From an uncultured bacterium (GTDB taxonomy: Bacteria > Verrucomicrobiota > Kiritimatiellia > CAIKKV01 > CAITUY01), in the NCBI GenBank assembly GCA_903895695.1, contig CAITUY010000042.1, positions 879 through 64,878 on the forward strand: a stretch of DNA of 64,000 bases. The letters run 5' to 3'. Within the stretch, counting starts at the first letter, position 1, and each line of letters begins with the position of its first letter. This document shows positions 9,069-19,199 of this stretch, in pieces. The position numbers and the translations under genes were made by a program. The notes below the pieces were generated by a model. The model did not search any database, was not told the origin of the DNA, and worked only from the letters and a program-made list of their open reading frames with translations.

Positions 9069-10796
9069 TTAGTCCGGGATCGCCCTCTCCAGCCGCCGCA
9101 GGATGCCGTCGGGTTCGGCGATACCGAGTCCGGCGATCTCATCAGCGCGGGCCTGGGTATCCGCCAGGGCGTAGATTCTCAACTCGTCGGCATTCCCGGA
9201 CGGGCGGATGTGCGCCACTTCGCCGTTACTGAAGTGAATACGGACTCCGTCGGTGTAGTCGATCCGGGTGGTGGTGGCAAACCCGAGTGCCGGCGTGAAG
9301 TAGTTCGTCAACGAGTCGCGCAAGCGCTCTGCCCATTCCATCTGCAAGTCGGGCGCGGGCAACTCGTGCCGTTCGGCATCCAGGAAGCCGATCTTTCCGT
9401 CGCCGAAGACCACCTGCCGGATGGTATCTGCGGAGGGCGAGAAGCGCCTGACAATCTGGCGCCCCTTGGCACTTGGGAAGTTGCGCAGCAGTGCGGAACG
9501 GCCGAAACGCTTGGGCAGCGTACCGAACAGTCCGACCAGCGAAAGCCGCGCCTTGCGCATGGCGAACAGCACGCACAAGATTGGCAGCAGCGCATCGCGC
9601 GTCGGCAAGGCCTTCAGGACGTGGCCCGCGTTCTCGATGTCGGAGCCCACAAAGAAGCCGCCGTTGGCTTCCCACCCGCAGACGGCCCGTTTGCCCTTCT
9701 TCCGGGCCGCTTCCATGCCGGCGATCACGTAAGGCGACCCGATCCGCGTCTTCGGTTCGACCACATCCTTCAGACGCCCCCGGTCCACGGCGTCGTTGCA
9801 GTTGACCGGCACGACGACGGCGTCTGCCCCCAGGTACTCGGCTACCAGCATGCCGACCAGATCCCCGGCAAAAAATCGGACCCGGCCGTTTTCGACGCCC
9901 AGGATCAAAGGCCGATCGCTGTCGCCGTCCGTGGAAACCACGGCGTCAATATCCCCCGCCTGCGCGGCCAGGGCCTGGATGGCCGCCAGGCGTTCGGCGT
10001 CGATGTTTTCGGTATCGATGGGCACGAAGGTGTCGCTGCGCCCGGCCGTGATGACCGTGGCGCCGAACGATTGCAGCACCTCCACCAGCAGATCGCGTCC
10101 CACCGCCGAATGCTGGTACACGAGCAGCCGCAGGCCCTTCAGGGCCTGCCCGGCAAAGAAACCGGTGTAACGCCGGCAGTAATGCTCGCGGCCGGCGCTG
10201 GACACAGGGGAGAGTTCCTGGTGACCTGCCTTGAACAGCCCCCGCTCGTTGAAGAGCGACTCCGCCAGCGGCTGATCGTAGATCCGTTTGCGGACCTGCT
10301 CCACGCGCGCGCCGATCGGAAGCTCGTCCTTCTTGAGCAATTCGCTCTTGGTGGTGTAGGTCTTGTAGCCGTTCCGGTCAAAGGGGATGTGGCTGCCGGT
10401 CACCATCATGCAACCCCGGCCGCGTTCAAGCGCGTAGGATGCCAGGGCCGGCGTGGGAATCGGGCCGAGGTTGACCGCCTTCTGGCCCGCATCGCGGATG
10501 GCGCGCTCGACAGCCTGCGCCAACTCGCCCCGCCCCTGCCATTCGGGCACAAACTGCGTCGAACTGGGACGCAGGTCATGGGCGAAAAAGAACTCGTCTC
10601 CCTTGCGGATTCCGCCCTCCTCCACTGGAAGCGACTGCAGGTGCTCGAGTTCCGCCAATGCGGTGAGGTAGAGCTCGAGTTGGGTCAGATGGACGACTTC
10701 ACCGCGCCGTCCGCTGGTTCCGAAGCGCAAGACCTGGGGCTCATAGTCGAGACCGGCCCTGAGAGATTCTCCCGCGTGTGATTGCCCGGATTGCAT
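9069..10796 (-). CDS. Phosphomannomutase / phosphohexomutase
   Basis: FGTSGRRG, TGSHIPFDRNG, DGDSDR, GWEANGG, RPSGNA.ELR. Start taken at MQSGQ; the ORF-track extension overlaps the GT4 gene. Confidence 0.9.
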   Translation of the reverse strand: MQSGQSHAGESLRAGLDYEPQVLRFGTSGRRGEVVHLTQLELYLTALAELEHLQSLPVEEGGIRKGDEFFFAHDLRPSSTQFVPEWQGRGELAQAVERAIRDAGQKAVNLGPIPTPALASYALERGRGCMMVTGSHIPFDRNGYKTYTTKSELLKKDELPIGARVEQVRKRIYDQPLAESLFNERGLFKAGHQELSPVSSAGREHYCRRYTGFFAGQALKGLRLLVYQHSAVGRDLLVEVLQSFGATVITAGRSDTFVPIDTENIDAERLAAIQALAAQAGDIDAVVSTDGDSDRPLILGVENGRVRFFAGDLVGMLVAEYLGADAVVVPVNCNDAVDRGRLKDVVEPKTRIGSPYVIAGMEAARKKGKRAVCGWEANGGFFVGSDIENAGHVLKALPTRDALLPILCVLFAMRKARLSLVGLFGTLPKRFGRSALLRNFPSAKGRQIVRRFSPSADTIRQVVFGDGKIGFLDAERHELPAPDLQMEWAERLRDSLTNYFTPALGFATTTRIDYTDGVRIHFSNGEVAHIRPSGNADELRIYALADTQARADEIAGLGIAEPDGILRRLERAIPD

Positions 10797-10861
10797 TTCG
10801 GTAACGTATCTTGTCGAAGTTGCGAACGCAAGAAGTTGGCGGGAACGCGGCAAGCGCCGTG

Positions 10862-12019
10862 TCACATCACGCTGCTGTACGCTTCGAGCAGGCGATCGGC
10901 CTGCTTCACGCTGTCGAACTCGGCTTCGGCGCGGACGCGGCCGGCGCGGGCCAGTCGCTCGCACTCTCCCGGGTTGTCGAGCAGGCGGCGCATCGCGCCG
11001 GCCAGCGCCAGGAAATCGGACGGCGGCACGAGCAGCGCGGCATCGCCCACGACCTCGGGGATGGAACCATGCAGCGTTGTAATGACGGGCGTGCCCGAAG
11101 CTTGGGCCTCGGCCAACACGTAACCGAACTGCTCCAGCCAACCGGGGCGCGCCGTGGAGCCCAGCAGGAAGACATCGGCGACGTTGTATGCCGTGGGCAT
11201 CCGGTCGTACGGGAAGCGGGTAAACGTCACGCGGTCGGCAAGGCCGATCCGCTCCGCCAGCGCGCGCAATCGCGGCTCCTCCGGACCGGATCCGGCAAAG
11301 ATGAGTTTCAGGGGCCGATTCGTGACATCCAGCGTGAGGCGCTTGAACGCGTGCAGGATATCGTAGACGCCCTTTTCCCATCGAAGGGCCGCGACCGACA
11401 CGAAGACAAAATCATCTCCCGTGAGCCCCAGTCGCTTAAGCTCCTCGGCCGGCTTGGCGCGCGGCTGGAAGCGTTCCAGGTTGATGCCCGGGGCTTGAAT
11501 ACGGATCTTCCGGGCATCGGCACCCTCGAGTTCCAGGCACCGGGCCGCGCGCGGCGTGATGGCCAGCAGCAAGTCCGCGGCCCGCAACACCTCGTACTTC
11601 ATGCGGCGCTTGGCGGCAAAGCGTTCGGCGGCGTAGGGCCGATTCTCCCAGGCGGTGATCACCAGGCGAGTACCGTAGCGCTGCTTGGCCCGCATCGCCT
11701 GCCACGAGAACGCGTTGAACGTCTCCATGGTGTGCGCGATGTCGCAACCCGACAACGCCTTCTCCAACCCGAAGTGATAATAGTCCATGCCGTTGGTGGC
11801 CTGGAGCAGGAGGTCAAAATAGAAGCCCAGTTTCGGGCTGATCACCGTGACCGGATCATCGATGCAGCGCAGGTGCTTGATTGGCACGCGCAGGGTCTTG
11901 GTGGGGAAACGATTGATGCGGATGTGGTACGCCTCAAAGTCCACCCGATCCAGCAAGTGCTCGATCGTCTGGATCTCGAACTGCGACAGATATGCTCCGC
12001 GAATCAGGCCGACTTTCAT
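10862..12019 (-). CDS. GT4 glycosyltransferase
   Basis: EKG and EQFGYVLAEAQASGTPV (E-x7-E) motifs. Start at MKVGLI. Confidence 0.92.
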   Translation of the reverse strand: MKVGLIRGAYLSQFEIQTIEHLLDRVDFEAYHIRINRFPTKTLRVPIKHLRCIDDPVTVISPKLGFYFDLLLQATNGMDYYHFGLEKALSGCDIAHTMETFNAFSWQAMRAKQRYGTRLVITAWENRPYAAERFAAKRRMKYEVLRAADLLLAITPRAARCLELEGADARKIRIQAPGINLERFQPRAKPAEELKRLGLTGDDFVFVSVAALRWEKGVYDILHAFKRLTLDVTNRPLKLIFAGSGPEEPRLRALAERIGLADRVTFTRFPYDRMPTAYNVADVFLLGSTARPGWLEQFGYVLAEAQASGTPVITTLHGSIPEVVGDAALLVPPSDFLALAGAMRRLLDNPGECERLARAGRVRAEAEFDSVKQADRLLEAYSSVM

Positions 12020-12095
12020 GCCATCGTCTCTTCCCTTGTGTCGCCGCATCGTACACGGCGGCCGCAAGTTTTCCAAGGGTAATGCCCGGTTTGAG

Positions 12096-12130
12096 TTCTT
12101 GGTTCGTGGTTCTTCGTTCTTGGTTCTTTG
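12096..12130 (+). repeat. Tandem heptamer array (TTCTTGG-like x5), left arm
   Basis: TTCTTGG TTCGTGG TTCTTCG TTCTTGG TTCTTTG. Confidence 0.85.
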
Positions 12131-12135
12131 CCTTT

Positions 12136-12271
12136 AGAGCCTATCCGAAAACCTTCCTGCCACAGGGAGCGGAGCTGCTTCCGGCTCCGGCCCTTCGATG
12201 GCACTCAGGGCAGGCCGGCGCGGGAAGCCGCGCCGCTCCGCAAGAGGCAAACAGGTATTCAGATAGGCTCT
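12136..12271. mobile_element. MITE-like element with 19-bp terminal inverted repeats
   Basis: AGAGCCTATCCGAAAACCT (12136-12154) versus the reverse complement of AGGTATTCAGATAGGCTCT (12253-12271), 17/19 match. Internal GGAGCGG...CCGCTCC hairpin. No transposase. Confidence 0.7.
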
Positions 12272-12286
12272 CGTCGGGCTCGCCAA

Positions 12287-12330
12287 CCGCGAACAAAGAA
12301 CCAGAAACCAAGAACAATGAAACACGAACC
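12287..12330 (+). repeat. Tandem heptamer array (CCAAGAA-like x6), right arm, inverted relative to 12096-12130
   Basis: CCGCGAA CAAAGAA CCAGAAA CCAAGAA CAATGAA ACACGAA. Confidence 0.85.
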
Positions 12331-12337
12331 GCCCTCG

Positions 12338-12874
12338 TCACCGCGGAGCCCGAATAGCCGCCTCCGGCGGCCGCACCTCGGCCCCGGCGGGGACGTCGCG
12401 CGTGACGATGCTGCCGGGATGGATCACGGCGCCTTCCCCGATCGTTACGCCCTTGAGAATCATCGCGCGGCAACCGATCCGGACGTTATCGCCGATGGTC
12501 ACGACCCGGTTCACCAGGGGGCGTCCGCCGACGCTGTGCAGATCGGTATCCATCACGAGCGCGTCCCACCCGAGATAGACGTTCTTCCCGATCGTCACCC
12601 GCGCCCACGCGACGATCTCGACTCCCGCGTCCAGCACCGTGCCGTCCCCGATGGCCAGTTCGCCCCCCTTGTGGGCCCACAGGCGGGTGCCGGCGGCGAG
12701 AAAGACGCGACCCAGCAGCATCCTGCCGGCCTCATTGATGACGAGAGGCGGCGGCGATCCGGAGCCGAACGTCACCTTCGATAGGTCCACGACGCCGCGC
12801 GCGCGCTTGAACCGGAACCGCGACGGCCGGCACTGGGCATCGGGAAGAAGCGGGAAAAGCGTCTCTGTACTCAT
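12338..12874 (-). CDS. Hexapeptide-repeat acyltransferase
   Basis: MDTDLH and VTIGDNVRIGCRAMILKGVTIGEGAVI. Confidence 0.88.
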   Translation of the reverse strand: MSTETLFPLLPDAQCRPSRFRFKRARGVVDLSKVTFGSGSPPPLVINEAGRMLLGRVFLAAGTRLWAHKGGELAIGDGTVLDAGVEIVAWARVTIGKNVYLGWDALVMDTDLHSVGGRPLVNRVVTIGDNVRIGCRAMILKGVTIGEGAVIHPGSIVTRDVPAGAEVRPPEAAIRAPR

Positions 12875-13410
12875 GTGGCCACCTGTGCCGCCTTGCCGGC
12901 GATGATTGATCCCGCGGGGAATTCCCCTTGCACCACACTGCCGGCAGCCACGACGCAGCCCCGCCCCAGGACCGTGCCGCCCAGGATCACGGCGCGGCTA
13001 CCGACCCACACCTCATCTTCCAACACCACCGGCACGAAGGGCGAGGCGGCGTCAAACCCGGTGGCATCCGTGATGATCGTCTGCCAGGACACCATGCAGT
13101 TCCGGCCCAGCCGCACGGCCTGGCCGGAGAATACCCGGGCCTGCCGGTTAAGAAACGTGCCGTCGCCCACGGCAATCCGACCGTCGCCGCGACAGTGCAG
13201 CCGGACGCCCGGATAGAGTCCCACGTGCCCCAACTCAATCCGGCCGTGCCCGGCACGGATGTCCGGCCGCGGCCAGCCGCGCACCCACGCCACCGGGCCG
13301 GACCCGGTTCGCCGCCCCGGCAACAATACCCCCAACAGATAGGCGACAGGCGAGTAGTTCCGCTCTCCCGAGCGGAGGACGCGCAAGAAGGACAGGACGC
13401 GTTGTTTCAT
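12871..13410 (-). CDS. Hexapeptide-repeat acyltransferase-like protein lacking the usual His
   Basis: VVLEDEVWVGSRAVILGGTVLGRGCVVAAGSVV. ITDATGFD occupies the position where the paralogues have D/T-x-x-H. Confidence 0.82.
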   Translation of the reverse strand: MKQRVLSFLRVLRSGERNYSPVAYLLGVLLPGRRTGSGPVAWVRGWPRPDIRAGHGRIELGHVGLYPGVRLHCRGDGRIAVGDGTFLNRQARVFSGQAVRLGRNCMVSWQTIITDATGFDAASPFVPVVLEDEVWVGSRAVILGGTVLGRGCVVAAGSVVQGEFPAGSIIAGKAAQVAT

Positions 13411-14588
13411 TTTCGCTGAACGACCTCATCCAATGCCGCATTCAGCTTATCGCCGATCACCGACCAATCGAAATGACGGCGAACGAATTCCAGTCCGGCG
13501 CGGGCCAGCGAGTCTGCCAGCGCCGGTTCGGCCAGCACCCTCAAGACAGCCGCCCCAAACTCGATGGGGCCATCGGCCAGCAGCAGTTCGCGGCCATGCT
13601 CCACGGGAATCCCCTCAGCGCCCAGGCGCGTCGAAACCACCGGGACACCCGCCGCGAACGCTTCGACGATCTTGAACCGCGTGCCGCCGCCCATTCTCAG
13701 GGGCACCGCAAACACCGATGACTGCCACATGAACGGCCTCACGTCGTCAACATAGCCCGTCACCGCCACATTGGCCGACTGGTAGGCGACGATCGAAGGC
13801 GGCGGCCGCCCGCCGACCACCGTGAAATGGAAATTCGGCCGCACGGATCGGATCAACCCCATGACGTCCCGCAAGAAGAAGAGCACTCCGTCCTCATTTG
13901 GAAAATAATGCGTGGCGCCGACGAATACGGCGGTATCGGGCTTGCGCGGACCGTCGGGACGCGTGAAATGCCCGCAATCCACACCATTGGTAATAGTCGC
14001 CGTGCGGATTCCCGCCTCGTGCCGCCGCAGCACCTCGCCGTCCCGTTCCGATGTCACCAGCGTCAGGGCCGCGCGGCGGGCCGCGGCGAGTTCCTCGCGG
14101 CGGAACTTGGCCGCCTCGATCCGGTTGAACGCCTTGCGGAACATGCCGCTCTCGCGGGCCGCCATCCGGTCAAGCAGGTCGAACTCCACGTTGTGTTCAT
14201 CCAGCACGACGGGAACGCCCGCCGGAAACCGGAACCCTGTCATTTGGGAGAACTCCACGAGAATCAGGTCAATGCCCTGCTCACCGACCAACCGGTCGAG
14301 AGCCGCCTGCATCGCGCGGTTGTAATGGAAGCGCAGCTGGAACGACTGCGCCGTGAACAGCGAATGCAGTTGCTGGCGGCGTTTGTCGCCGACGATGCGC
14401 GGAACCACGTTGATTGTCTTGCAGAAGGGCTCGAGTCCGCGGGGATCGCCCGCCCCCGCCTCCTCACGGTAAGTGAGAAGATGCACGGCATGGCGCCGGC
14501 TGAGTTGGCGGATGAGATGATAGATTCGGACCGAGCCGCCGAAGTTGGGCGGATACGGCACGTACGGAGTCATGACGAGAATATTCAT
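13407..14588 (-). CDS. GT4 glycosyltransferase
   Basis: PYPPNFGG..R, DEHNVE, PLRMGGGTRFKIVEAFAAGVPVVST..GAEG. Confidence 0.93.
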   Translation of the reverse strand: MNILVMTPYVPYPPNFGGSVRIYHLIRQLSRRHAVHLLTYREEAGAGDPRGLEPFCKTINVVPRIVGDKRRQQLHSLFTAQSFQLRFHYNRAMQAALDRLVGEQGIDLILVEFSQMTGFRFPAGVPVVLDEHNVEFDLLDRMAARESGMFRKAFNRIEAAKFRREELAAARRAALTLVTSERDGEVLRRHEAGIRTATITNGVDCGHFTRPDGPRKPDTAVFVGATHYFPNEDGVLFFLRDVMGLIRSVRPNFHFTVVGGRPPPSIVAYQSANVAVTGYVDDVRPFMWQSSVFAVPLRMGGGTRFKIVEAFAAGVPVVSTRLGAEGIPVEHGRELLLADGPIEFGAAVLRVLAEPALADSLARAGLEFVRRHFDWSVIGDKLNAALDEVVQRK

Positions 14589-14627
14589 AGTGCCTTCCGA
14601 ACTAAGTCACTGCGAGATGTGGACTTA

Positions 14628-14700
14628 ACCATGAAGGGCACAAAGGCGACAAGCATCATGCGTCCCCGCTTTGCTTCGTGTTCTTCGTGACCTTCGTGGT
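14628..14700. repeat. Inverted pair of tandem nonamer arrays (ACCACGAAG-like)
   Basis: Left ACCATGAAG GGCACAAAG; right CTTCGTGTT CTTCGTGAC CTTCGTGGT. The right arm encodes TTKVTKNTK at the C-terminus of the double GT4. Confidence 0.7.
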
Positions 14701-17097
14701 GGAACCCGAGGGAGCGGCACCCGCCAACTCCAGGTAAACCTGTTCGATGGCGCGTATCTGGCTGGCGGCACTGAAACGCCGCACCACGTTGGCCCGGGCC
14801 GCCGCGCCGACGCGTGCGCGCAGCGCCGGATCACGAACCAGATCCAGCAGGATCGCGGCCAGGGCCGCATCGTCGCGGACGGGAAAGAGGTAGCCATCCT
14901 CGCCGTGCGTAATGATCTCCGGGATGCCGCCGGCGCGCGTACCGACGACCGGCTTCCCGCAGGCGGCGGCCTCAACCACGACCATCCCGAAGGCCTCGCG
15001 CAAGGCGGCGTCAACGACGACGTCCAACCCGTTGCATACAGCCGGCATATCGGTTCGCCGCCCGATGAACGCGGTGCGCTTCTCAATGCCCAGTTCCCGC
15101 GTCAAATCCTTCAGCTTCCCCAGGTAACCGGCATTGTTGCTGGAGATAGAATCGTCGCCCACGATCACGAAGAACGCGTATGCGTCCTGCGCCGCTACCC
15201 GGGCTGCGGCCCGCAGAAACGTCTCCTGGTCCTTTTCCGGCGACACGCGGCAGGTGGTGCCGATCAGCACCTTCTCGGGCGATGCCGCCAGCTCCTGTCG
15301 CAGCGACGAGGGCTTGCCGGGCGCGTATTCGTCCGTGTCCACGGAGTTGTGGATGACCCGGATGCGATCCATGGCCGGGCCCAGGGCGCGGACGAAATCC
15401 TGCTTCATATCGCCCGAATTGGCGATGATCGCCGCCGCATGGGACACCGCCCACCGATTACCCGGGTGGTCCACAAAGCGATCGCGGATATGATAGATGA
15501 ACGGTATCCCGGTCAGCCGGTGCAACAGCGACACAAGCATCACGGAGCGCTTCTTGTCCGAGCTGTGGATGACCTGAATGCCGGCCTGCCGGCAACGCCA
15601 GGCCAACCGCATGGCGGTCCATCCGAGCGGCACGACACTGGCAGCGTCCGCCGCTTTCGCACACCAACCCACGCAGGAGTCCTTGGCTTTGGTACCCGCC
15701 TCGATCGTCCAGATCGTCATCCCCGGAATGGCGCGGAACCGAGGCAGTAGCGCACCGTGACCGAGACAGGCCAGATGCACGTCGAACCGGGTCCGGTCCA
15801 GGGCGCGCAGGATCGTCTTGTGACTCCGGATCACGCCGCCCATCGCATCGTTCGTGTCGAGCAACAGGGTCTTGATACGGGGAGCGCCGCCCACGGCCGT
15901 CGGCACGGGAGCGGGTTCGCTGCGTTTGCGCGCCGTGGACCGGTAGACGGCCTCCATCGCGCGCGCCTGGGCTTCAATGCTGAAGCGACGCAGGACCGTG
16001 GCCCGCCCCGCGGCACCTAGGCGCGCCCTCAGGGCCGGGTCGCGCACCAGGTCCGTCAACAGATCCGCCAGGGCAGCCTCGTCGCGCACCGGGAACAGGA
16101 AGCCATCCTCGCCATGCGTGATGATCTCCGGAATGCCGCCGGCGCGCGTGCCGACGACCGGCTTCTCACACGCGGCCGCCTCTACCACGACCATACCGAA
16201 AGCCTCGCGCCAGGCCGTGTTCACCACGACATCCAGCCCGCCATAAATGTTGACCATGTCACCGCGGCATCCCAAAAAGTGCGCGTGCGACTCCAAACCC
16301 AGTTCGCGCACCAGGCGGTGCAGCATGGGAACGTAATCGGCATTATCGCTAAAGATGGAATCGTCGCCCGCCAGGACGAAGTGGGCACGATCGTCGCGGG
16401 CGACAACCCGCGCCGCCGCGCGAATGAACGTCTCCTGGCCCTTGTCGGGCGCCAGCCGGCTGACCACGCCGATCAGGACCTGGGCGGGAGTGATCTTAAG
16501 CTCAGCACGCAGGCTCGATGGCAGCCCGGGCGCGAACTCGTTCGTGTCCAGACCGTTGTAGACGACTTCAATGCGCTCCAGGTCGGGCCCCCGCTCGCGA
16601 ATGAAGTCGCGCTTCATGTCTTCGGAGTTGGCCACGACAGCCGCCGCCAGCCGCAGGGCGCGCCGATTGGCCGGGAAATCAACGTAGTTGTTGTGAATAT
16701 GGTAGATGAACGGAATGCCGGTCAGCCGATGCAACAGCGTGGTGAGGATCACGGCCCGTTTCTTGTCGGAAGTATGGATGACCTGGATGCCGGCGCGCCG
16801 GCACTGCCGGGCAAGGCCCAGGACGCTCCGGACGAATGGCACCAGGCTGGCCACGTCCGCCAGCTTGGCGCGCCAGCCGGACCCCAGCGCGCGCGGTTTT
16901 GTGCCGACTTCCATGGTCCACAGGGTGATATCCGGGATGGCCTGAAACTGCGGCAACACTTTCCCGTGATCGAGGCAGGCGAGGTACAGATCGAACTGAC
17001 GGCGGTCGAGCGTACGCAGCAGGTTAACATGCACGCGCACCACGCCGCCCATGGCGTCGTTTGTATCCAACAACAGGACTTTGATTCGCTCGCTCAT
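14656..17097 (-). CDS. Tandem double-domain GT4 glycosyltransferase
   Basis: Two copies of [12 protein letters not shown]...IQVIH.SDKKR...[35 protein letters not shown], joined by a Pro-rich linker. Confidence 0.93.
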   Translation of the reverse strand: MSERIKVLLLDTNDAMGGVVRVHVNLLRTLDRRQFDLYLACLDHGKVLPQFQAIPDITLWTMEVGTKPRALGSGWRAKLADVASLVPFVRSVLGLARQCRRAGIQVIHTSDKKRAVILTTLLHRLTGIPFIYHIHNNYVDFPANRRALRLAAAVVANSEDMKRDFIRERGPDLERIEVVYNGLDTNEFAPGLPSSLRAELKITPAQVLIGVVSRLAPDKGQETFIRAAARVVARDDRAHFVLAGDDSIFSDNADYVPMLHRLVRELGLESHAHFLGCRGDMVNIYGGLDVVVNTAWREAFGMVVVEAAACEKPVVGTRAGGIPEIITHGEDGFLFPVRDEAALADLLTDLVRDPALRARLGAAGRATVLRRFSIEAQARAMEAVYRSTARKRSEPAPVPTAVGGAPRIKTLLLDTNDAMGGVIRSHKTILRALDRTRFDVHLACLGHGALLPRFRAIPGMTIWTIEAGTKAKDSCVGWCAKAADAASVVPLGWTAMRLAWRCRQAGIQVIHSSDKKRSVMLVSLLHRLTGIPFIYHIRDRFVDHPGNRWAVSHAAAIIANSGDMKQDFVRALGPAMDRIRVIHNSVDTDEYAPGKPSSLRQELAASPEKVLIGTTCRVSPEKDQETFLRAAARVAAQDAYAFFVIVGDDSISSNNAGYLGKLKDLTRELGIEKRTAFIGRRTDMPAVCNGLDVVVDAALREAFGMVVVEAAACGKPVVGTRAGGIPEIITHGEDGYLFPVRDDAALAAILLDLVRDPALRARVGAAARANVVRRFSAASQIRAIEQVYLELAGAAPSGSTTKVTKNTKQSGDA

Positions 17098-17639
17098 TCG
17101 AACCACGGCTGGAACGAGAGGTCGTAACGCAAATCCCTGGCACGCTCTCCGATGACCTTGGCCGGCACGCCGCCGACCACGGCGTAGGCCGGCACGTCCT
17201 TGGTCACTACGGCGCCGGCGGCCACCACCGCGCCTTTCCCGATTGTCACGCCCGGCAGGATGGTCGCGCGGCTGCCCACCCAGGCGTGGTCCTCAATCAC
17301 GATCGGCTTGTCCTCGACCCCGAAGTCCGGGGCATCCTTGAGATGATTGGAGGTGATCAGCATCACCTCGGGCGAGAGGCTGACGTTGTTGCCGATCCGC
17401 AGGCCGCCGCGACCATCCAGGGTACAACGGCGGTTGATAATCGTGTGGTCGCCAACAATCATCGGCTGCGGATTGCGCCCGAAGGGCCGGTAGAAATACC
17501 AGAAGCACCCCATCAGGACCGAGGCGTCACGACCGAGGCGCACACCGACCACGTGCCGGTACCAGGCGTGCCGGATGGCATAGAAGGGAATGTGACAGAT
17601 GATGTGGTTCGTCCAATAGGCCAGCAACTTGGCGATCAT
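17094..17639 (-). CDS. Hexapeptide-repeat O-acyltransferase
   Basis: [47 protein letters not shown]. Start at MIAKLL (ATGA overlap). Confidence 0.92.
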   Translation of the reverse strand: MIAKLLAYWTNHIICHIPFYAIRHAWYRHVVGVRLGRDASVLMGCFWYFYRPFGRNPQPMIVGDHTIINRRCTLDGRGGLRIGNNVSLSPEVMLITSNHLKDAPDFGVEDKPIVIEDHAWVGSRATILPGVTIGKGAVVAAGAVVTKDVPAYAVVGGVPAKVIGERARDLRYDLSFQPWFE

Positions 17640-19144
17640 GCAGCCCCCTTCCGTGCGGATTTGAGTGCGTGCAGCATATGGTGCAGGTCCTCGCGGGGGA
17701 CCACGCCGATCAGCAACGCCACCGGCAGGTAGAACGCCCCGCCCGCGACGATCAGCAGGACCAGGTTCGAGCTGCCCCACGCGCGCAGCAGCACCACCAT
17801 GGTTATGCCGACTGCCAGGGCCTTGAGCCCGCACACGACGTTACGCCGGCTGAACACGCCCTTGGGCATCAGCCAAAGCGCGCCGAACATCATGAGCACC
17901 TCGGTCAGCAGTGTGGCCGCCGACGCGCCGATACCGCCGTTACCCCATAGCCGCTGTGTGAAGGGAATGGCCCACAGGTTGAGCAGCGGATTGAAGACCG
18001 CGGCAGCCACCGCCATGCCGGCCCAGGGCTTTTCCTTGCCGCGCGCGATCAACGCCGTGCCCAGGACCACGTCAATGCAGACCAGCAGGATGGAGGCGCC
18101 CAGCACCTCCAGATTGGGGCCGGCCTGCATGAAGGGCCCCGGTCCATAGAGCAGACGCACGAAGGGTCGGGCGACGGCGATGGTACCCGCCGCCACCGGT
18201 ACCGCGGCGAACAACAACAGGTTCATGAGCCGCTCTGAGGCGCGGCCGAAGGCCGCTTCATCCCCGGCGTCCGAGCCGAGCCGCATCATGGCCGGGAAGA
18301 TCGACGTCATCAGGATATTGGGGATGAACAGGAGCGTGCCGTAGAGCCGAGTTGCCGCGCCGTACCAGCCGACGACGGCGTCGCTGGTCATGAGCGACAG
18401 CATCAGCACATCGATCCGCACATAGATCTCCCCGAAAATCACCCACACCAGGAACGGGAGCCCGCCGAGAAAGACGCGCCGGATCAACACGCGGTCCCAC
18501 ACCGGGACGAAACGCTCGATGCGCTGCAGCCAGCCGAGCGCAATCAGAAACGCGGCCACGGAGGCCGCCGTATGTGCCCAGCACGCGGCCCTCAGGCCGT
18601 AGCCGTGTGCCAGGAAAAACCAGCACCCGAACGTGACGACGGCCTTCTCGGCAATGAGCGCCACGTTCGAGCCGACCATGGTCTCCAACCCCTGGAACAC
18701 GCCGCCGAGTGTCTGCGTGATGGCGCCCAGACACGTCCCGAGGCCGATAATGAGCACCGCCTCACGGGTGGCGGCGTCATAGGGCAGAACGAAAATCAAC
18801 GCCGACTGAAACGCAAAGACCGCCACGGCGAGCACCAGTTTAAGGGCGAAGACATTCCCGAGCAGTGCGCGCAAGGAGGTGCGGCGCCGCTGGTTCTCGG
18901 CGTCCGGCAGGTCCGGCGCAGGGTGCAGGACGGCCACCTCGCGCACCAGGAAGGTGTTCAGCCCCAGGTTGATGAACTGGCTGAAAATCATGCCGTAACT
19001 GAGGGCAAAAAACAGCTTGCCGAAGCTGGCGTCGCCGAGTTTTCGCGGCAGAATAACGAGCAGAAACCAGGAGAGCGTCCAGGTGACGAGTTGGCTCGCC
19101 GCCTGAATGGCGGTGTTCTTGAGCGCGCGCCGGGTTTTACTCAT
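17636..19144 (-). CDS. Wzx-type polysaccharide flippase
   Basis: Many TM helices, R.LG...[20 protein letters not shown]. Sits within the EPS cluster. Confidence 0.9.
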   Translation of the reverse strand: MSKTRRALKNTAIQAASQLVTWTLSWFLLVILPRKLGDASFGKLFFALSYGMIFSQFINLGLNTFLVREVAVLHPAPDLPDAENQRRRTSLRALLGNVFALKLVLAVAVFAFQSALIFVLPYDAATREAVLIIGLGTCLGAITQTLGGVFQGLETMVGSNVALIAEKAVVTFGCWFFLAHGYGLRAACWAHTAASVAAFLIALGWLQRIERFVPVWDRVLIRRVFLGGLPFLVWVIFGEIYVRIDVLMLSLMTSDAVVGWYGAATRLYGTLLFIPNILMTSIFPAMMRLGSDAGDEAAFGRASERLMNLLLFAAVPVAAGTIAVARPFVRLLYGPGPFMQAGPNLEVLGASILLVCIDVVLGTALIARGKEKPWAGMAVAAAVFNPLLNLWAIPFTQRLWGNGGIGASAATLLTEVLMMFGALWLMPKGVFSRRNVVCGLKALAVGITMVVLLRAWGSSNLVLLIVAGGAFYLPVALLIGVVPREDLHHMLHALKSARKGAA

Positions 19145-19185
19145 GGATGGCGTTCCCAATAGCAGAAAGGGGGCCGTGGCTCAAC

Positions 19186-19199
19186 TGTTCACTGTTTAC
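19186..19199. repeat. Heptamer remnant TGTTCAC TGTTTAC overlapping the polymerase stop codon
   Basis: Same unit as the array at 63024-63103. Confidence 0.5.

Noticed and set aside
10797..11381. Long N-terminal extensions in the ORF track (PMM 770 aa, GH44 625 aa, nucleotidyltransferase-like 556 aa, GH29 676 aa, URO-D 429 aa and others)
   Set aside because: They overlap upstream genes in another frame. Downstream starts with an RBS or ATGA coupling fit better, so these are not real fusions.
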